Shown piece by piece: positions 1 to 9,561 of a stretch of DNA of 64,000 nt. Origin of the DNA: Acidimicrobiia bacterium (lineage in GTDB: Bacteria > Actinomycetota > Acidimicrobiia > Spongiisociales > ZC4RG35). The stretch covers positions 9,652 to 73,651 of the forward strand of contig JBBDHV010000031.1 in assembly GCA_040880725.1 (NCBI GenBank), given 5' to 3'. The translations under genes were made by a program, and so were the position numbers. Positions within the stretch are counted from its first letter, which is position 1, and every line of letters begins with the position of its first letter. The notes beneath the pieces were generated by a model that saw nothing but the letters and a program-made list of their open reading frames with translations, made no database searches and was not told the origin of the DNA.

Positions 1-669
1 GATGCCGAGCACGGCCGATGCACGGATGTTGACCTCGAACCGGTAGAGCCAGTAGGCGACGATGTTCGGCATCACCTGGGGGACGATCGCGAATCGCATC
101 CGCTGCATCCATGTTCCACCTGACGATGCGACGGCTTGCACCGGACCGGGATCGATCCCTTCGATGACCTCGGAGGAGAGCTTGCCGAGGGTGCCGATGG
201 AGTGAATGCCGATGGCGAGCGTCCCGGTCCAGGCACCGAGGCCGGTCACGGGGATCAGGACCATGGCGACCAACAGTTCGGGCACCGCCCGGATGGCGTT
301 GAGCACCTGGCGCACGACGTTCGGGATCCACCCCGGTGTCACGTTCTTGGCGGCCAGGAATGCGAGAGGAAATGAGAAGAAGGCGCCGATCAGCGTGCCG
401 ATCCACGCGATGTAGAGCGATTCGAGCATCTTCGGCACCGCACGCTGGAGGGCGTCGGCGCTCAGGTCCGGCGGGAACAGTTGGCGAACGATGGTCCAGA
501 TGTCACCCGGGGCCTCGAGGAGGCGTTCCATCGAGACGTTCATCCCCAGCGCCGACCACAGGGCGGGGATTACGATCGCCAGGGTGATGCCCCAGCGGAA
601 CAGTCTCGGAGCGAGCGGCCGCTGGGGGCGCACGGGTGTGCCCGCGACCGGATCGGTCGTCGTGGTCAT
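1..669 (-). CDS. phnE: Phosphonate ABC transporter permease PhnE (3' end cut by window edge)
   Basis: Reverse translation from ATG (cat 667-669) gives a TM-rich protein ending ...IVPQVMPNIVAYWLYRFEVNIRASAVLGI. This matches the PhnE EAA-type motif also present in the upstream paralog. ATGA overlap with the stop of the 666..2036 ORF. Not in the ORF track because it is open at the window edge. Confidence 0.8.
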   Translation of the reverse strand, partial: MTTTTDPVAGTPVRPQRPLAPRLFRWGITLAIVIPALWSALGMNVSMERLLEAPGDIWTIVRQLFPPDLSADALQRAVPKMLESLYIAWIGTLIGAFFSFPLAFLAAKNVTPGWIPNVVRQVLNAIRAVPELLVAMVLIPVTGLGAWTGTLAIGIHSIGTLGKLSSEVIEGIDPGPVQAVASSGGTWMQRMRFAIVPQVMPNIVAYWLYRFEVNIRASAVLGI

Positions 670-2036
670 ACGAGCCTCCGCCGGAGGGCAACGCTGATCT
701 GTTCGATCGCGAAGACCAGCACGAAGATGAGAATCACGATCGCGAGGACCCGGTCGAAGCGGAAGAACGAGCGCTGCGCCTCGAGCACCCGACCGATGCC
801 ACCGGCTCCGGCGAGACCGATGACGACGGAAGCTCGGATGTTGATCTCGAAGATGTACAGCGCATAGGCCACGTAGTTCGGGAGGACTTGGGGGAGCACC
901 GCGGCGCGAACGGCCGGGAAGTGAGAACTTCCTGTGGACCGAGCGGCTTCCAGTGGTCCGGGGTCCACGGCGTCGATCGTCTCGGAGAACAGCTTGCCCA
1001 TGATGCCCAGTGAGAAAAACACGAGGGCGAGTGCTCCCGGCAGCGGTCCGACGCTGAGTGCTGCCACGAAGAGCAGCGCCCAGAACAGGTCGGGGATCGT
1101 GCGGATCAGGCTCATGATCCCCTTGTCGACCAGATACACGGCGTTGCTCGGAGTGGTGATCTTCGATGCCATGAAGGCGACCGGCAATGCCACTCCGCAT
1201 CCGACCACGGTGGCGATGATCGAGATCCGAAAGGTCTCGAGCAGCGGGTTGGCGCGGTTGACGGAGCCGAACTCCCACGACGCAGGCCACCACCACGTGC
1301 CGGTCTCGCCGATGGCCCAACCAAAATCAGGAGGGAGAAAGTTGGGAACATTCACGACGTTTCGGAAGTCTCGGATGAGCGCGCCGAGGCTGAACCCGAC
1401 CTCGCCGGCGGCGAAGAGCGTGATGATGACGACGATGGTGACAACCCCGAGGAGCGGGAGCTCGGCTGTTGCCCCGAGGGTGGGTGCCAATCCCACCATC
1501 CCGACGATGAAACCCACGACCATGAACACGCCAACTCCCAGAGTCGGCTCTGCGCCTGGAGCGAGATCGGAGACCGGGGTGAGCACTCCGAAGGTGGTGG
1601 CGGCCGGAAGGGCGATGGCGCCGGCGCCCAGCCATCCCAGCAGGATGTTGAGCGCAGTGGTGGTGGAACGCCCTCGAGTGCGCAGGACCCAGGCGGTGGC
1701 GAGGCCGGTCACACCCCACGCCCCTGCCATGGCGAGACACAGGGTCACGTTGACCCGCTCAGGCAGCTCCGAGATGAGACTCGCGGTGAGCACCGACGAG
1801 GTGGCCACTGCGGCTCCGAGGATCACTGCATGTGGTGTGGCGAGGGGGTGGCGAGTCAACCGGAAGGCGGCGATCACCCCGGCCGCACCGATCACTCCCC
1901 ACAGCAGTCCGGCGCCGGCAGTGGCCGTCGCACCACCGACGACCAGGGCGAGGATCCCGATCGCCAGGCCAGGGACCAGCTTCGACGAGCGGGCGGGGGG
2001 AACCGGTCGGACCGGCTTCTCCGCCACCTGGGTCAC
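666..2036 (-). CDS. phnE: Phosphonate ABC transporter permease PhnE, with a long N-terminal TM extension
   Basis: 456-aa ORF. C-terminal half carries the PhnE-type motif LPQVLPNYVAYALYIFEINIRASVVIGLAGAGGIG. Lies in an operon with phnC and phnD. Confidence 0.8.
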   Translation of the reverse strand: MTQVAEKPVRPVPPARSSKLVPGLAIGILALVVGGATATAGAGLLWGVIGAAGVIAAFRLTRHPLATPHAVILGAAVATSSVLTASLISELPERVNVTLCLAMAGAWGVTGLATAWVLRTRGRSTTTALNILLGWLGAGAIALPAATTFGVLTPVSDLAPGAEPTLGVGVFMVVGFIVGMVGLAPTLGATAELPLLGVVTIVVIITLFAAGEVGFSLGALIRDFRNVVNVPNFLPPDFGWAIGETGTWWWPASWEFGSVNRANPLLETFRISIIATVVGCGVALPVAFMASKITTPSNAVYLVDKGIMSLIRTIPDLFWALLFVAALSVGPLPGALALVFFSLGIMGKLFSETIDAVDPGPLEAARSTGSSHFPAVRAAVLPQVLPNYVAYALYIFEINIRASVVIGLAGAGGIGRVLEAQRSFFRFDRVLAIVILIFVLVFAIEQISVALRRRLV

Positions 2037-2806
2037 AGCCCGGCGCCTTCGAGGAGGTCGTCGGGGGTCACGGCCCGTCCGTAGATCTCCCGGAAGGTGT
2101 CGTCGTCGACGTCCTTGATCTGGCCGTCGTACACGAGCTGACCGTCCCTGAGCCCGACGAGGCGCTGGCCGTAGCTGCGGGCAAGGTCGAGAAAGTGGAG
2201 GTTGATGATGGTCGTGATCTCCAGTTCCCGATTGATCCGGCGGAGGTCGCGCATGACCGTGTGCGATGTCACCGGATCGAGTGAGGCGACCGGCTCGTCC
2301 GCGAGGATGACCGTCGGCTGCTGCGCGAGTGCGCGAGCGATGCCGACACGCTGCTGCTGTCCTCCGGAGAGGTCGGACGCCCGTACATAGGCCTTCTCAA
2401 CGATCTCGACACGTTCGAGCGCCTGCAGTGCCAACTCGCGTTCGCTCGCCGGCCACAGGCCGAGCATCGAACGCCAGCGCGGCACCATCGACAGCCTGCC
2501 CATGAGGACGTTGTTGATCACCGACGTCCGGTTCACCAAGTTGAAGGTCTGGAAGATCATCCCAATATGGGAGCGGAGCTCACGCAGTGTCTTGGCGTCC
2601 GCCCCGCGCACTTCCACGCCGTCGACCTTTACCGAGCCCGCGGTGATCGGGACGAATCCGTTGATCGCCCGGAGAAGGGTGGACTTCCCGGCGCCGGAGA
2701 GGCCGACGATCACAACCAGCTCACCGGTCTCGATCGTCAGCGACACGTTCTTCAGAGCCTTCAGCCCACCCGGATAGGTGACGTCGACGTTCTCGAATTC
2801 GATCAT
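2033..2806 (-). CDS. phnC: Phosphonate ABC transporter ATP-binding protein PhnC
   Basis: Walker A GLSGAGKST, ABC signature LSGGQQQR, Walker B ILADEP. 4-nt overlap with the downstream permease. Confidence 0.9.
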   Translation of the reverse strand: MIEFENVDVTYPGGLKALKNVSLTIETGELVVIVGLSGAGKSTLLRAINGFVPITAGSVKVDGVEVRGADAKTLRELRSHIGMIFQTFNLVNRTSVINNVLMGRLSMVPRWRSMLGLWPASERELALQALERVEIVEKAYVRASDLSGGQQQRVGIARALAQQPTVILADEPVASLDPVTSHTVMRDLRRINRELEITTIINLHFLDLARSYGQRLVGLRDGQLVYDGQIKDVDDDTFREIYGRAVTPDDLLEGAGL

Positions 2807-2884
2807 CCAGTTCTCCCTGAGCCGAAACAGAGGCCGTCGACTTTCGTCGGCGGCCCCTGAACCTAGCTCTCGATCAAGTCGGCG

Positions 2885-4015
2885 TCAGCTGCCGAAGCCG
2901 AGTTCGTTGATGGCTTCCTCGATTGCCTGCAGTGACTGCGCGGTCACTTCGTCGGCCCGGGTGAGGTCGGTCCATGAGTAGAGATTCTCCATCACGGCCT
3001 GGCCCTCTTCGGTGCTGATGAAGTCCGACATCGCCTGGAAGAGCGCATCCTTCAGGCTGTCCGGCAGATCGCCACGGACGGCGATCACGTCGTTGGCGAT
3101 ACGCGAGGTGATGTTGAAAACGATCACCTTCTCGCCGACGTCGGGATTCTCCCCTGCGATCGTCCCGCGTGCGTCGTCGAAGGACACGCCGATGTCGGCG
3201 CTGCCGTCGTACACGGCCTGCACCGATGCGTCGTGACCGCCGGAGAAGATCGACTCGTACTGATCCTCGGTGATCCCCTGACGGATCAGCTCGAGGGTCG
3301 GGAAGATGTATCCCGACGTCGAGGTCTCCGTGCCCCAGGCGATGCTCTTGCCCACGACGACTTCGAGATCGACGGGCTCGGGACAGATGAGACCGGCCGA
3401 CACTTCCTCGTTGCGAGTGTCGTCGCCGTTCCATCCGACCTGCAGCGCCGGCGTGTCGGTGGGTCCGACCGCGATCACGGTTCCGTCTTCGTCGTACCAG
3501 TACGCACCCTCCACGGGATCTGCACCGCAGAGGCTGGGATCGTTGGTGAACCATTGGCCGTGGTAGGTCGGATCGCCGAAGCGGACCGACTGCGCCAGCA
3601 ACTCGAGGTTGTCGTAGGTCTGGTTCGCCAGCACGTAACCGGCGGGCCCGAAGGCACCCAGATCGGCCTGACCGGTACCCAGGGCCACACCGAGGCCGGT
3701 GTAGTCCGTGGTCACTGTTCCCTCGACATTGATGCCGAGGGCATCGGAGAGCACCTGGGCGAACGTGTCGACATCGTCCTGGAGTTCGGCGACTTCCTGG
3801 CTGGGGACGAAACCGAAAATGAGCGTGTCGGGCCAGTCGGCCCTCTCATCGTCTTCCATTGCCTCGGTCGTCGTGGTCTCTTCGGCAGCTTCGGTTGTCG
3901 TGGTTTCCTCTGCGGCGGTCGTGGTTGTCGTCTCGTCGTCGACGGCGTCATCGCCGCCACACGCTGCAACAACCATCGCCAGCACTGTGAGGAGTGCAAG
4001 CAGTCGTTTGGTCAT
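2885..4015 (-). CDS. phnD: Phosphonate/phosphite ABC substrate-binding lipoprotein PhnD
   Basis: Lipobox LAMVVAAC. A Thr/Glu-rich linker is followed by a PhnD-like periplasmic binding fold (FGFVPSQE...). First gene of phnDCEE. Confidence 0.85.
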   Translation of the reverse strand: MTKRLLALLTVLAMVVAACGGDDAVDDETTTTTAAEETTTTEAAEETTTTEAMEDDERADWPDTLIFGFVPSQEVAELQDDVDTFAQVLSDALGINVEGTVTTDYTGLGVALGTGQADLGAFGPAGYVLANQTYDNLELLAQSVRFGDPTYHGQWFTNDPSLCGADPVEGAYWYDEDGTVIAVGPTDTPALQVGWNGDDTRNEEVSAGLICPEPVDLEVVVGKSIAWGTETSTSGYIFPTLELIRQGITEDQYESIFSGGHDASVQAVYDGSADIGVSFDDARGTIAGENPDVGEKVIVFNITSRIANDVIAVRGDLPDSLKDALFQAMSDFISTEEGQAVMENLYSWTDLTRADEVTAQSLQAIEEAINELGFGS

Positions 4016-4084
4016 ATGGATTCTCTTCCTTCGTCGTGGGAACGCGGCCGAGCCGGCTCAGTCCTTGAGGGTGCCCTTCCGCGT

Positions 4085-4114
4085 ATGACAAGGCTACGAG
4101 AAAATGATGTCAAG
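4085..4114 (-). promoter_or_regulatory. Candidate Pho-box-like direct repeat upstream of phnD
   Basis: On the phnD coding strand: CCTTGACAT-N12-CCTTGTCAT (plus strand ATGACAAGG at 4085 and ATGTCAAGG at 4106, 21-nt period), 70-100 nt upstream of the phnD start. It resembles the CTGTCAT repeat of enterobacterial Pho boxes. Assignment is speculative. Confidence 0.25.
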
Positions 4115-4145
4115 GTTGAAAACGGATGGGAAACGTTTTTCGCGG

Positions 4146-4688
4146 TCAGAGTGCGGCGACGACCGTCTGAAACGCCGGCCAGTCCTCGACGTCGACCGCT
4201 CCTGGCACCGGATGATTCCACGGGCGCACATACCGGCACACCACCGATTGGGGTCGTCCGGCGACCAGCGCGGGGAGGACGTGAGGTCCGTCGTCGAGGA
4301 AAACGTCGCAGTCGACTTCCCATTTGTCTTCGGTGATGTGGACTTCGCTGGTGGGTATTTCGTGTTCTGCGATCCAGGCGTACGTGTCGTCGACGGCGAA
4401 GGCCGGCTTCGTCGTGACGATCACGATCTCGTGGTCTCGGGCGAGTTCGTCGAGCGCCTCGAGGGCGCCGGGAAAGGTGTCGAGGTGACGGAAGAGGCTC
4501 GCGCCGTCGAGATCGGCAGCCCACTTCCAAAACTCTCCCATGTGCCGAAAGTGGGTGAGGTCGGGGATGTGGTTCCACCGGGTGACCGACGATCCCTCGA
4601 GGCTCGTTCCGTGTTCGCGGTTGTACAGACGCGTCCAGCCGCCGTTGAAGTCGGCCACGACGCCGTCGAGATCGATACCGAGTCGCAT
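4146..4688 (-). CDS. HAD-superfamily 5'(3')-deoxyribonucleotidase-like protein
   Basis: Start set at MRLGIDLDGVVADFNGGW (DxDxV HAD motif I), cat at 4686-4688. The ORF-track N-terminal extension to 4940 overlaps the next gene and is non-protein-like. Confidence 0.6.
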   Translation of the reverse strand: MRLGIDLDGVVADFNGGWTRLYNREHGTSLEGSSVTRWNHIPDLTHFRHMGEFWKWAADLDGASLFRHLDTFPGALEALDELARDHEIVIVTTKPAFAVDDTYAWIAEHEIPTSEVHITEDKWEVDCDVFLDDGPHVLPALVAGRPQSVVCRYVRPWNHPVPGAVDVEDWPAFQTVVAAL

Positions 4689-4705
4689 CCCGTCGAGGGT
4701 ACGGG

Positions 4706-6304
4706 TCAGACGGTCTGTACCCAACTGACGACCTCGGGCAGGCGTCGCCGGAGGATCGAACCGGAGACGAACAACGACAGGGTGTAGAACGCCACACCCC
4801 ACACCAGTGCGAAGAGGTTGGCGAACCACGAGGGGATCGGGGCACCGAATCCTACCGTGAGGACCGAGACCGACGACGGCACCACCAGCAACAGGCCGAT
4901 GACGAAGAAGGAGATCGCCTGTGCCCCGATCGCCAGGCACCCCTGCTCCGACGCCTGCGCGAAGACGTCGGTCCCTTCACGGGGAAGGCGGAGCGGCGAG
5001 ATGACCGAGACCAGATTCCCGACCGCGAGCTGACAGCCGATGGCGGCGACGGTGAGTCCGGGGACGAGCACGAGGCTCGACCACCCGCCGCTGATCCATG
5101 CGAGCAGCAACGCCAGGGCGATCGTTTCGATGACGAGCGCCCCGGACGCAGCGAGGTTCTTTCCCCACAGCAGCGTTCGGGGACGCACCGGGAGGACGAA
5201 GAGGAAGCTGGCAGCGTTCCGCTCCCATCCGAACACGTTGAGGGCGATCGGCAATCCGACGAACAGCACCAGGGCGGGAGCCAGCAGCGGCAGCCAGTCT
5301 CGAGAGGCGAGCCGGCCGAAGCCGCCCGTTCCCACGAGGACCGACGCGGCAGCGAGACCGATGAAGATCACCGCACCGGTCCACACGAGCCGCTGCCGGG
5401 GGTCGCGGACATAGAAACGGATCTCCTTGCGGGCCAACACGCGCCCCGTCGACCAGCGGCCCCGTCCGGCGAGTCCCCGATGGGATCGGCGGCGACTCCG
5501 GCTCGGACTTGCGTCCGGCGTCGTCAGCATCCATGAGAGCAGTCGTTGCCACACCCAACCCAGGGCGGCGATCCATCCCACGGCAACCAGCGCCCAGCCC
5601 ACCGCGCCCCAGGCGTCCCCGAGCTCCGCGGAGGTCGCCACACGCTGGGCGGCCACCGGGGGCAGAAACGCCATCACGCCGTCGAGACGGTTGGCGAGCA
5701 CCGCACCTTCGATCCCCAGGCGTCCGACGGCATCGCGGATGGCCGACTGCGCCCCGAAGCCGGCAAGACCGATCCCGAGCACGATCAGAAGCGCCGCGTC
5801 GCGGCCATGGCGGGTCTTGAAGACTGCCGAGATGACCGTCGTGAACACCTGCCCGGACAGAATGATCACGGCGAGCAGCAGAACCGCCGAGATCACGGCC
5901 GCGCCCAGGACATGGGAGAACTCGACGATCCCCGCGCCGAGAACGATCAGCGGGATGATCACACTGGGTGCGATGAGTGCCGATGCGGCCAGTCCCGCCA
6001 CCAACTGCCCGGGACGGACCGGGGCGAACGCGAACTGCGCCGGGTCGAGGTTCTCGTCGAGGGGAAAGATCACGACCGGCAGCGCCACCCAGACGAGCCA
6101 GAACAGCAGGGCGCCCCACAGCGTGAACTGAACACCGGCGTCTCCTTCGAGAGTCGCCAGCGTCGTGCGGAACTGGTCGACGAGGAACCACGACACCGAC
6201 CCGAGAAGGATGAGGAGCGTCGGGAATCCGAGTCGTCTCTGCCAGTCCTTCCGGAGCCCGTTCCAGAGCAGCCGCAGCTTCAGCCAGGCGAGTCGTGCAA
6301 CCAC
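4706..6304 (-). CDS. ABC-2 type exporter permease (polytopic membrane protein)
   Basis: 532 aa with about 10-12 hydrophobic segments. Immediately downstream of, and overlapping, an ABC ATPase gene. Confidence 0.6.
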   Translation of the reverse strand: MVARLAWLKLRLLWNGLRKDWQRRLGFPTLLILLGSVSWFLVDQFRTTLATLEGDAGVQFTLWGALLFWLVWVALPVVIFPLDENLDPAQFAFAPVRPGQLVAGLAASALIAPSVIIPLIVLGAGIVEFSHVLGAAVISAVLLLAVIILSGQVFTTVISAVFKTRHGRDAALLIVLGIGLAGFGAQSAIRDAVGRLGIEGAVLANRLDGVMAFLPPVAAQRVATSAELGDAWGAVGWALVAVGWIAALGWVWQRLLSWMLTTPDASPSRSRRRSHRGLAGRGRWSTGRVLARKEIRFYVRDPRQRLVWTGAVIFIGLAAASVLVGTGGFGRLASRDWLPLLAPALVLFVGLPIALNVFGWERNAASFLFVLPVRPRTLLWGKNLAASGALVIETIALALLLAWISGGWSSLVLVPGLTVAAIGCQLAVGNLVSVISPLRLPREGTDVFAQASEQGCLAIGAQAISFFVIGLLLVVPSSVSVLTVGFGAPIPSWFANLFALVWGVAFYTLSLFVSGSILRRRLPEVVSWVQTV

Positions 6305-7089
6305 GACACCGCTCCCCGCTCGTCATCGCCGCCGACGGCTGCAATGAAGGCATCCTCGATCGTGTCGACTCCGAAACGGTCGCACAGTTCGCTTTGGGTT
6401 CCCTCGAGTGCCAGCCGGCCATGAATCATGATTCCCACCCGGGTGCAGAGCCGTTCGACGAGATGCATCTCGTGGGCGGAGAACACGACGGTCGCACCTC
6501 CCTCGGTGTAGCGGACGAGGAGTCGCTGGATCAGCCGCGCGCTGAGCGCGTCCACCCCTTCGAAGGGTTCGTCGAGGAACAGCACATCGGGGCGGTGGAT
6601 GATCGCGGCTGCCAGCGCCACCTTCTTGCGCATCCCTCGGGAGTAATCACCGACCAGCTTGCCGGCCTCCTCGGAGAGGTCGAGAAGGGCGAGGAGTTCG
6701 TTGCGTCTCGAGAACGCCACGTCACGCTCAAGGCCGTGCATGGCCGCTGTGAAGTCGAGGAGCTCGGCACCGGTGAGCCGTTCGTAGAGGTTGAACTCCT
6801 CCGGGAGCACTCCGATGCGGCGCTTGACCTCGATCGGTTGACGCCACGTGTCGAACTCACCGATCCCGGCTCTGCCTGCCGTCGGGCGGAGGAGGCCGAC
6901 GATCATCTTGATGGTGGTGGTCTTGCCGGCGCCGTTCTGGCCGAGGAGTCCGTAGAACTCGCCGGGCTGAATGGCCAGGTCGAGACCGTCGACGGCAGGC
7001 GCCTTGCCGAAGCGGCGGACGAGGCCCTTCGCCCAGACGGCTGGGAGATTCCCCGGCGGTGTGGAGTCTCCGTGCTGAGTTTCCGTCAT
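6280..7089 (-). CDS. ABC transporter ATP-binding protein
   Basis: Start set at MTETQHGD (cat 7087-7089). Walker A GQNGAGKTT and Walker B LFLDEPFEGVD. Confidence 0.85.
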   Translation of the reverse strand: MTETQHGDSTPPGNLPAVWAKGLVRRFGKAPAVDGLDLAIQPGEFYGLLGQNGAGKTTTIKMIVGLLRPTAGRAGIGEFDTWRQPIEVKRRIGVLPEEFNLYERLTGAELLDFTAAMHGLERDVAFSRRNELLALLDLSEEAGKLVGDYSRGMRKKVALAAAIIHRPDVLFLDEPFEGVDALSARLIQRLLVRYTEGGATVVFSAHEMHLVERLCTRVGIMIHGRLALEGTQSELCDRFGVDTIEDAFIAAVGGDDERGAVSWLHDSPG

Positions 7090-7540
7090 CGTCACCCGCC
7101 ATCCATCGGCACGCCGTCGGGGTGTCTGAACCAACACGGCAGTTGGCAAACGGTTGTCATCGATGGACGAAGCTAGTGGTGCGCCGCCGAAACAATGAGG
7201 CGGTCTTTCCTTTCCGGCCCATGACGCCCCTGGCGGCGTCCTCCTCCTCGCCGAACGGGCCAAGTAGCTGACGGATTGGGTGAGCTGCGAGCCCCATCCG
7301 TCGGCTTCCCGCCCGAAAGCGAAGCTTTTTCGGGCGGAACAGAGAAACAGTCGGCGAAGCCGGCCCGCCTATCCGCTGACCCTGAAGTGCGACTGCGTCG
7401 GAAGTCCTTGCCAGATGACGCCATGTGCTCGGAGACACCGCGCACCTCTTTCGGCGACACACCACCAGGCCATCGGGTCCCCAACGCGACATCGATGCGC
7501 CACGATCCATGTGTCCGAGCCGCCCGGTACTCTCGCCTTC

Positions 7541-9373
7541 GTGGATTATCAGGCGCTCTATCGGCGGTACCGACCCCAGACATTCGACGACGTCATCGGC
7601 CAGTCCCACGTGACGACCACCCTTGCTCGCGAGGTTGCCGACGGCCATGTCGCCCATGCCTACCTGTTCGCAGGCCCCCGTGGCACGGGCAAGACGACCA
7701 CCGCACGCATCCTCGCCAAGGCCCTGAACTGCGAGAAGCGAAACCCCGACGGGAGTCCCGACAACGAGTGCGGGTCGTGCGTGGCGATCACCGAGGGTTC
7801 GTCGCTCGACGTGATGGAACTCGACGCGGCAAGCCACAACAGCGTCGAGGACATCAGGGAGATGCGGGTGAGCGTGTCCACGGTTGCCTCGGCCGCCACG
7901 GGTCGGCGCGTCTTCATCCTCGACGAGGCGCACATGCTCTCCAAGGCGGCCGGCAACGCCCTGCTCAAGACACTCGAAGAGCCCCCCGAGCACGTGCATT
8001 TCGTCCTCGCCACCACCGAGCCGTACAAGCTGCTCGACACCATCCGCAGCCGGTCGCAGCGGTTCGACTTCCACTCGGTGCCCATCGAAGGCCTGGCCGC
8101 TCACCTGTCCAAGATCGCCGATCTCGAAGGTTTCAAGACCGAGCCGGCTGCGCTGGTGGCGGTGGCCCGCCATGCCACCGGCTCGGTCCGGGACTCGCTG
8201 TCGCTGCTCGAACAGGTCGCCGCGCTGGGCGACGGCACCGTCGATCTGACCGGTGTCGGGCGTGCACTGGGGCTGGCGGACGCGGAAGCCTTCGAGGTGC
8301 TCACCTCCGCGGTGAGCGAACAGGACGCCAGGAAAGGCCTCGAACTGGTTGCGCGGATGGCCGCCCAGGGCGTCGATCTCCGCCGGTTCGCGTCGGAGTC
8401 CGTCGGTTTCTTTCGGGGGGTGTTCCTCGCTCACTACGCCCCGAACCTCGCCGAGGTCGCCGACGAGCCTGCCGAAGTGCTCGAGTCATGGCGGAAGGCC
8501 GCGTCTCGGCTCCCGGCCTCGGAGGTCGTCCGGGCAGTGGATCTGCTGGGTGATGCGCTCGTGAAACTTCGGGAAGGTCGCGAGGAGCGCCTGATGCTGG
8601 AGTTGGCGATGATCAAGCTCACCCGCCCCGAGACGACGAATGACCCTGCGGCGATGCTCGCGCGTCTCGACCGCCTCGAACGCCTCGCCAAGACCCAGAG
8701 CCTGGGCGCCCCGGCGCCCTCTGCCGCCCCTGCATCCACGACCGCATCGACTCCCGCCCAGTCGTCCCCCGCGCCTGAGCGTGCGCCCGAGAACGCCGCT
8801 GCGGCCCCGTCGGCCGCGGCCGCAGCGCAGCCCGAAACTGCGCCGAGCCCGGCTCCCGAGACCGCTGCCGAACCTTCGATCGAAGACGAGGCTCGTCCGT
8901 TGGCGGGTGAGCCCGCCGAACCGCCTCCTCCGGCCACTGTCACGATGGAATCCTTCCGCTCGATCTGGCCGGGGTTGTTCGGTGGACTCCGCGAACTCCT
9001 TGGGGCGCGTCGCTGGGCGCTCTTCCGGGAGACCGAGCCCGGCGGGGTGGAAGGGTCGACCCTCATCATCCATGTCCGCCACGACTTTCATCTCGAATCG
9101 TTGAAGGGCGACCCCGCAGTCGCCGCGGTGGTGGCGACCAAGGCCGGTGACCTCCTCGGCGGGACGGTGTTCGTCCAGTTCCGGCCGGCCGACGGCACCG
9201 CCGCGGGCTCCGGCTCCGAGGGTTCCAGTCTCTCGGAGAGTCCAGTCGACGAATCGGAGGGCGAAGTCCCCGACAAGGACTCGATGGCCGAAGCGTCCGC
9301 GGAGTCCACCGACCCCTTCAAGCTGGTCGAAGACGAGCTGGGCGGCACCGTCATCGACGAGTTCGACACCTAG
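7541..9373 (+). CDS. dnaX: DNA polymerase III subunit gamma/tau
   Basis: GTG start giving VDYQALYRRYRPQTFDDVIGQ. Walker A GPRGTGKTT, zinc module CGSC, and a Pro/Ala-rich linker. Canonical dnaX-ybaB-recR order. Confidence 0.9.
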   Translation: MDYQALYRRYRPQTFDDVIGQSHVTTTLAREVADGHVAHAYLFAGPRGTGKTTTARILAKALNCEKRNPDGSPDNECGSCVAITEGSSLDVMELDAASHNSVEDIREMRVSVSTVASAATGRRVFILDEAHMLSKAAGNALLKTLEEPPEHVHFVLATTEPYKLLDTIRSRSQRFDFHSVPIEGLAAHLSKIADLEGFKTEPAALVAVARHATGSVRDSLSLLEQVAALGDGTVDLTGVGRALGLADAEAFEVLTSAVSEQDARKGLELVARMAAQGVDLRRFASESVGFFRGVFLAHYAPNLAEVADEPAEVLESWRKAASRLPASEVVRAVDLLGDALVKLREGREERLMLELAMIKLTRPETTNDPAAMLARLDRLERLAKTQSLGAPAPSAAPASTTASTPAQSSPAPERAPENAAAAPSAAAAAQPETAPSPAPETAAEPSIEDEARPLAGEPAEPPPPATVTMESFRSIWPGLFGGLRELLGARRWALFRETEPGGVEGSTLIIHVRHDFHLESLKGDPAVAAVVATKAGDLLGGTVFVQFRPADGTAAGSGSEGSSLSESPVDESEGEVPDKDSMAEASAESTDPFKLVEDELGGTVIDEFDT

Positions 9374-9384
9374 CCCGCCGACCG

Positions 9385-9476
9385 CCCCGCGTACCCTGGG
9401 TTCCCGGGGCGCTCAGGGTGCCCCGCCAACCCTGGGTTCCCCAGTCACTCACGGTGCCCTGCGAGCCCACGGTTCG
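9385..9476. repeat. Dispersed intergenic palindromic element, two core copies
   Basis: Cores TACCCTGGGTTC (9392-9403) and CAACCCTGGGTTC (9428-9440). GCCCACGGTTCG (9465-9476) begins 31 nt after the start of GGGTTC in the second core. Same architecture as at 14936-15018. Confidence 0.6.
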
Positions 9477-9561
9477 TCAGGAGAGAGGTGTGACGCGAAC
9501 GCGCGGACAGCGCGCGGCTGACCGGTACGATCAGGGCCCGGTACTCGACGAGGAACTCACA

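Noticed and set aside
934-2118. Long ORFs antisense to, or out of frame with, clear genes. Examples: 934..2118 +, 3233..4336 +, 7157..8434 -, 13202..15049 +, 20935..22203 +, 16929..18410 -, 38988..40016 -, 48027..50129 -, 43282..44331 -.
   Set aside because: Their translations are Arg/Pro/Gly-rich and low in complexity. They overlap well-supported genes on the other strand or in another frame. Open shadow frames of this kind are typical of high-GC DNA.
7195-7440. SRP RNA (ffs) candidates upstream of dnaX: minus-strand GGGCCGGAAAGGAAAGACCGCC (about 7205-7226) and plus-strand GUCGGAAGUCCUUGCCAGAUGACGCC (about 7396-7421, which shares CAGAUGACGC with E. coli 4.5S RNA).
   Set aside because: Neither has the conserved GGAA tetraloop closed by C-G followed by GGAAGCA (the AGCA symmetric-loop nucleotides). 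I could not build a ~100-nt hairpin with the required internal loops. Kept only as a synteny-based expectation.
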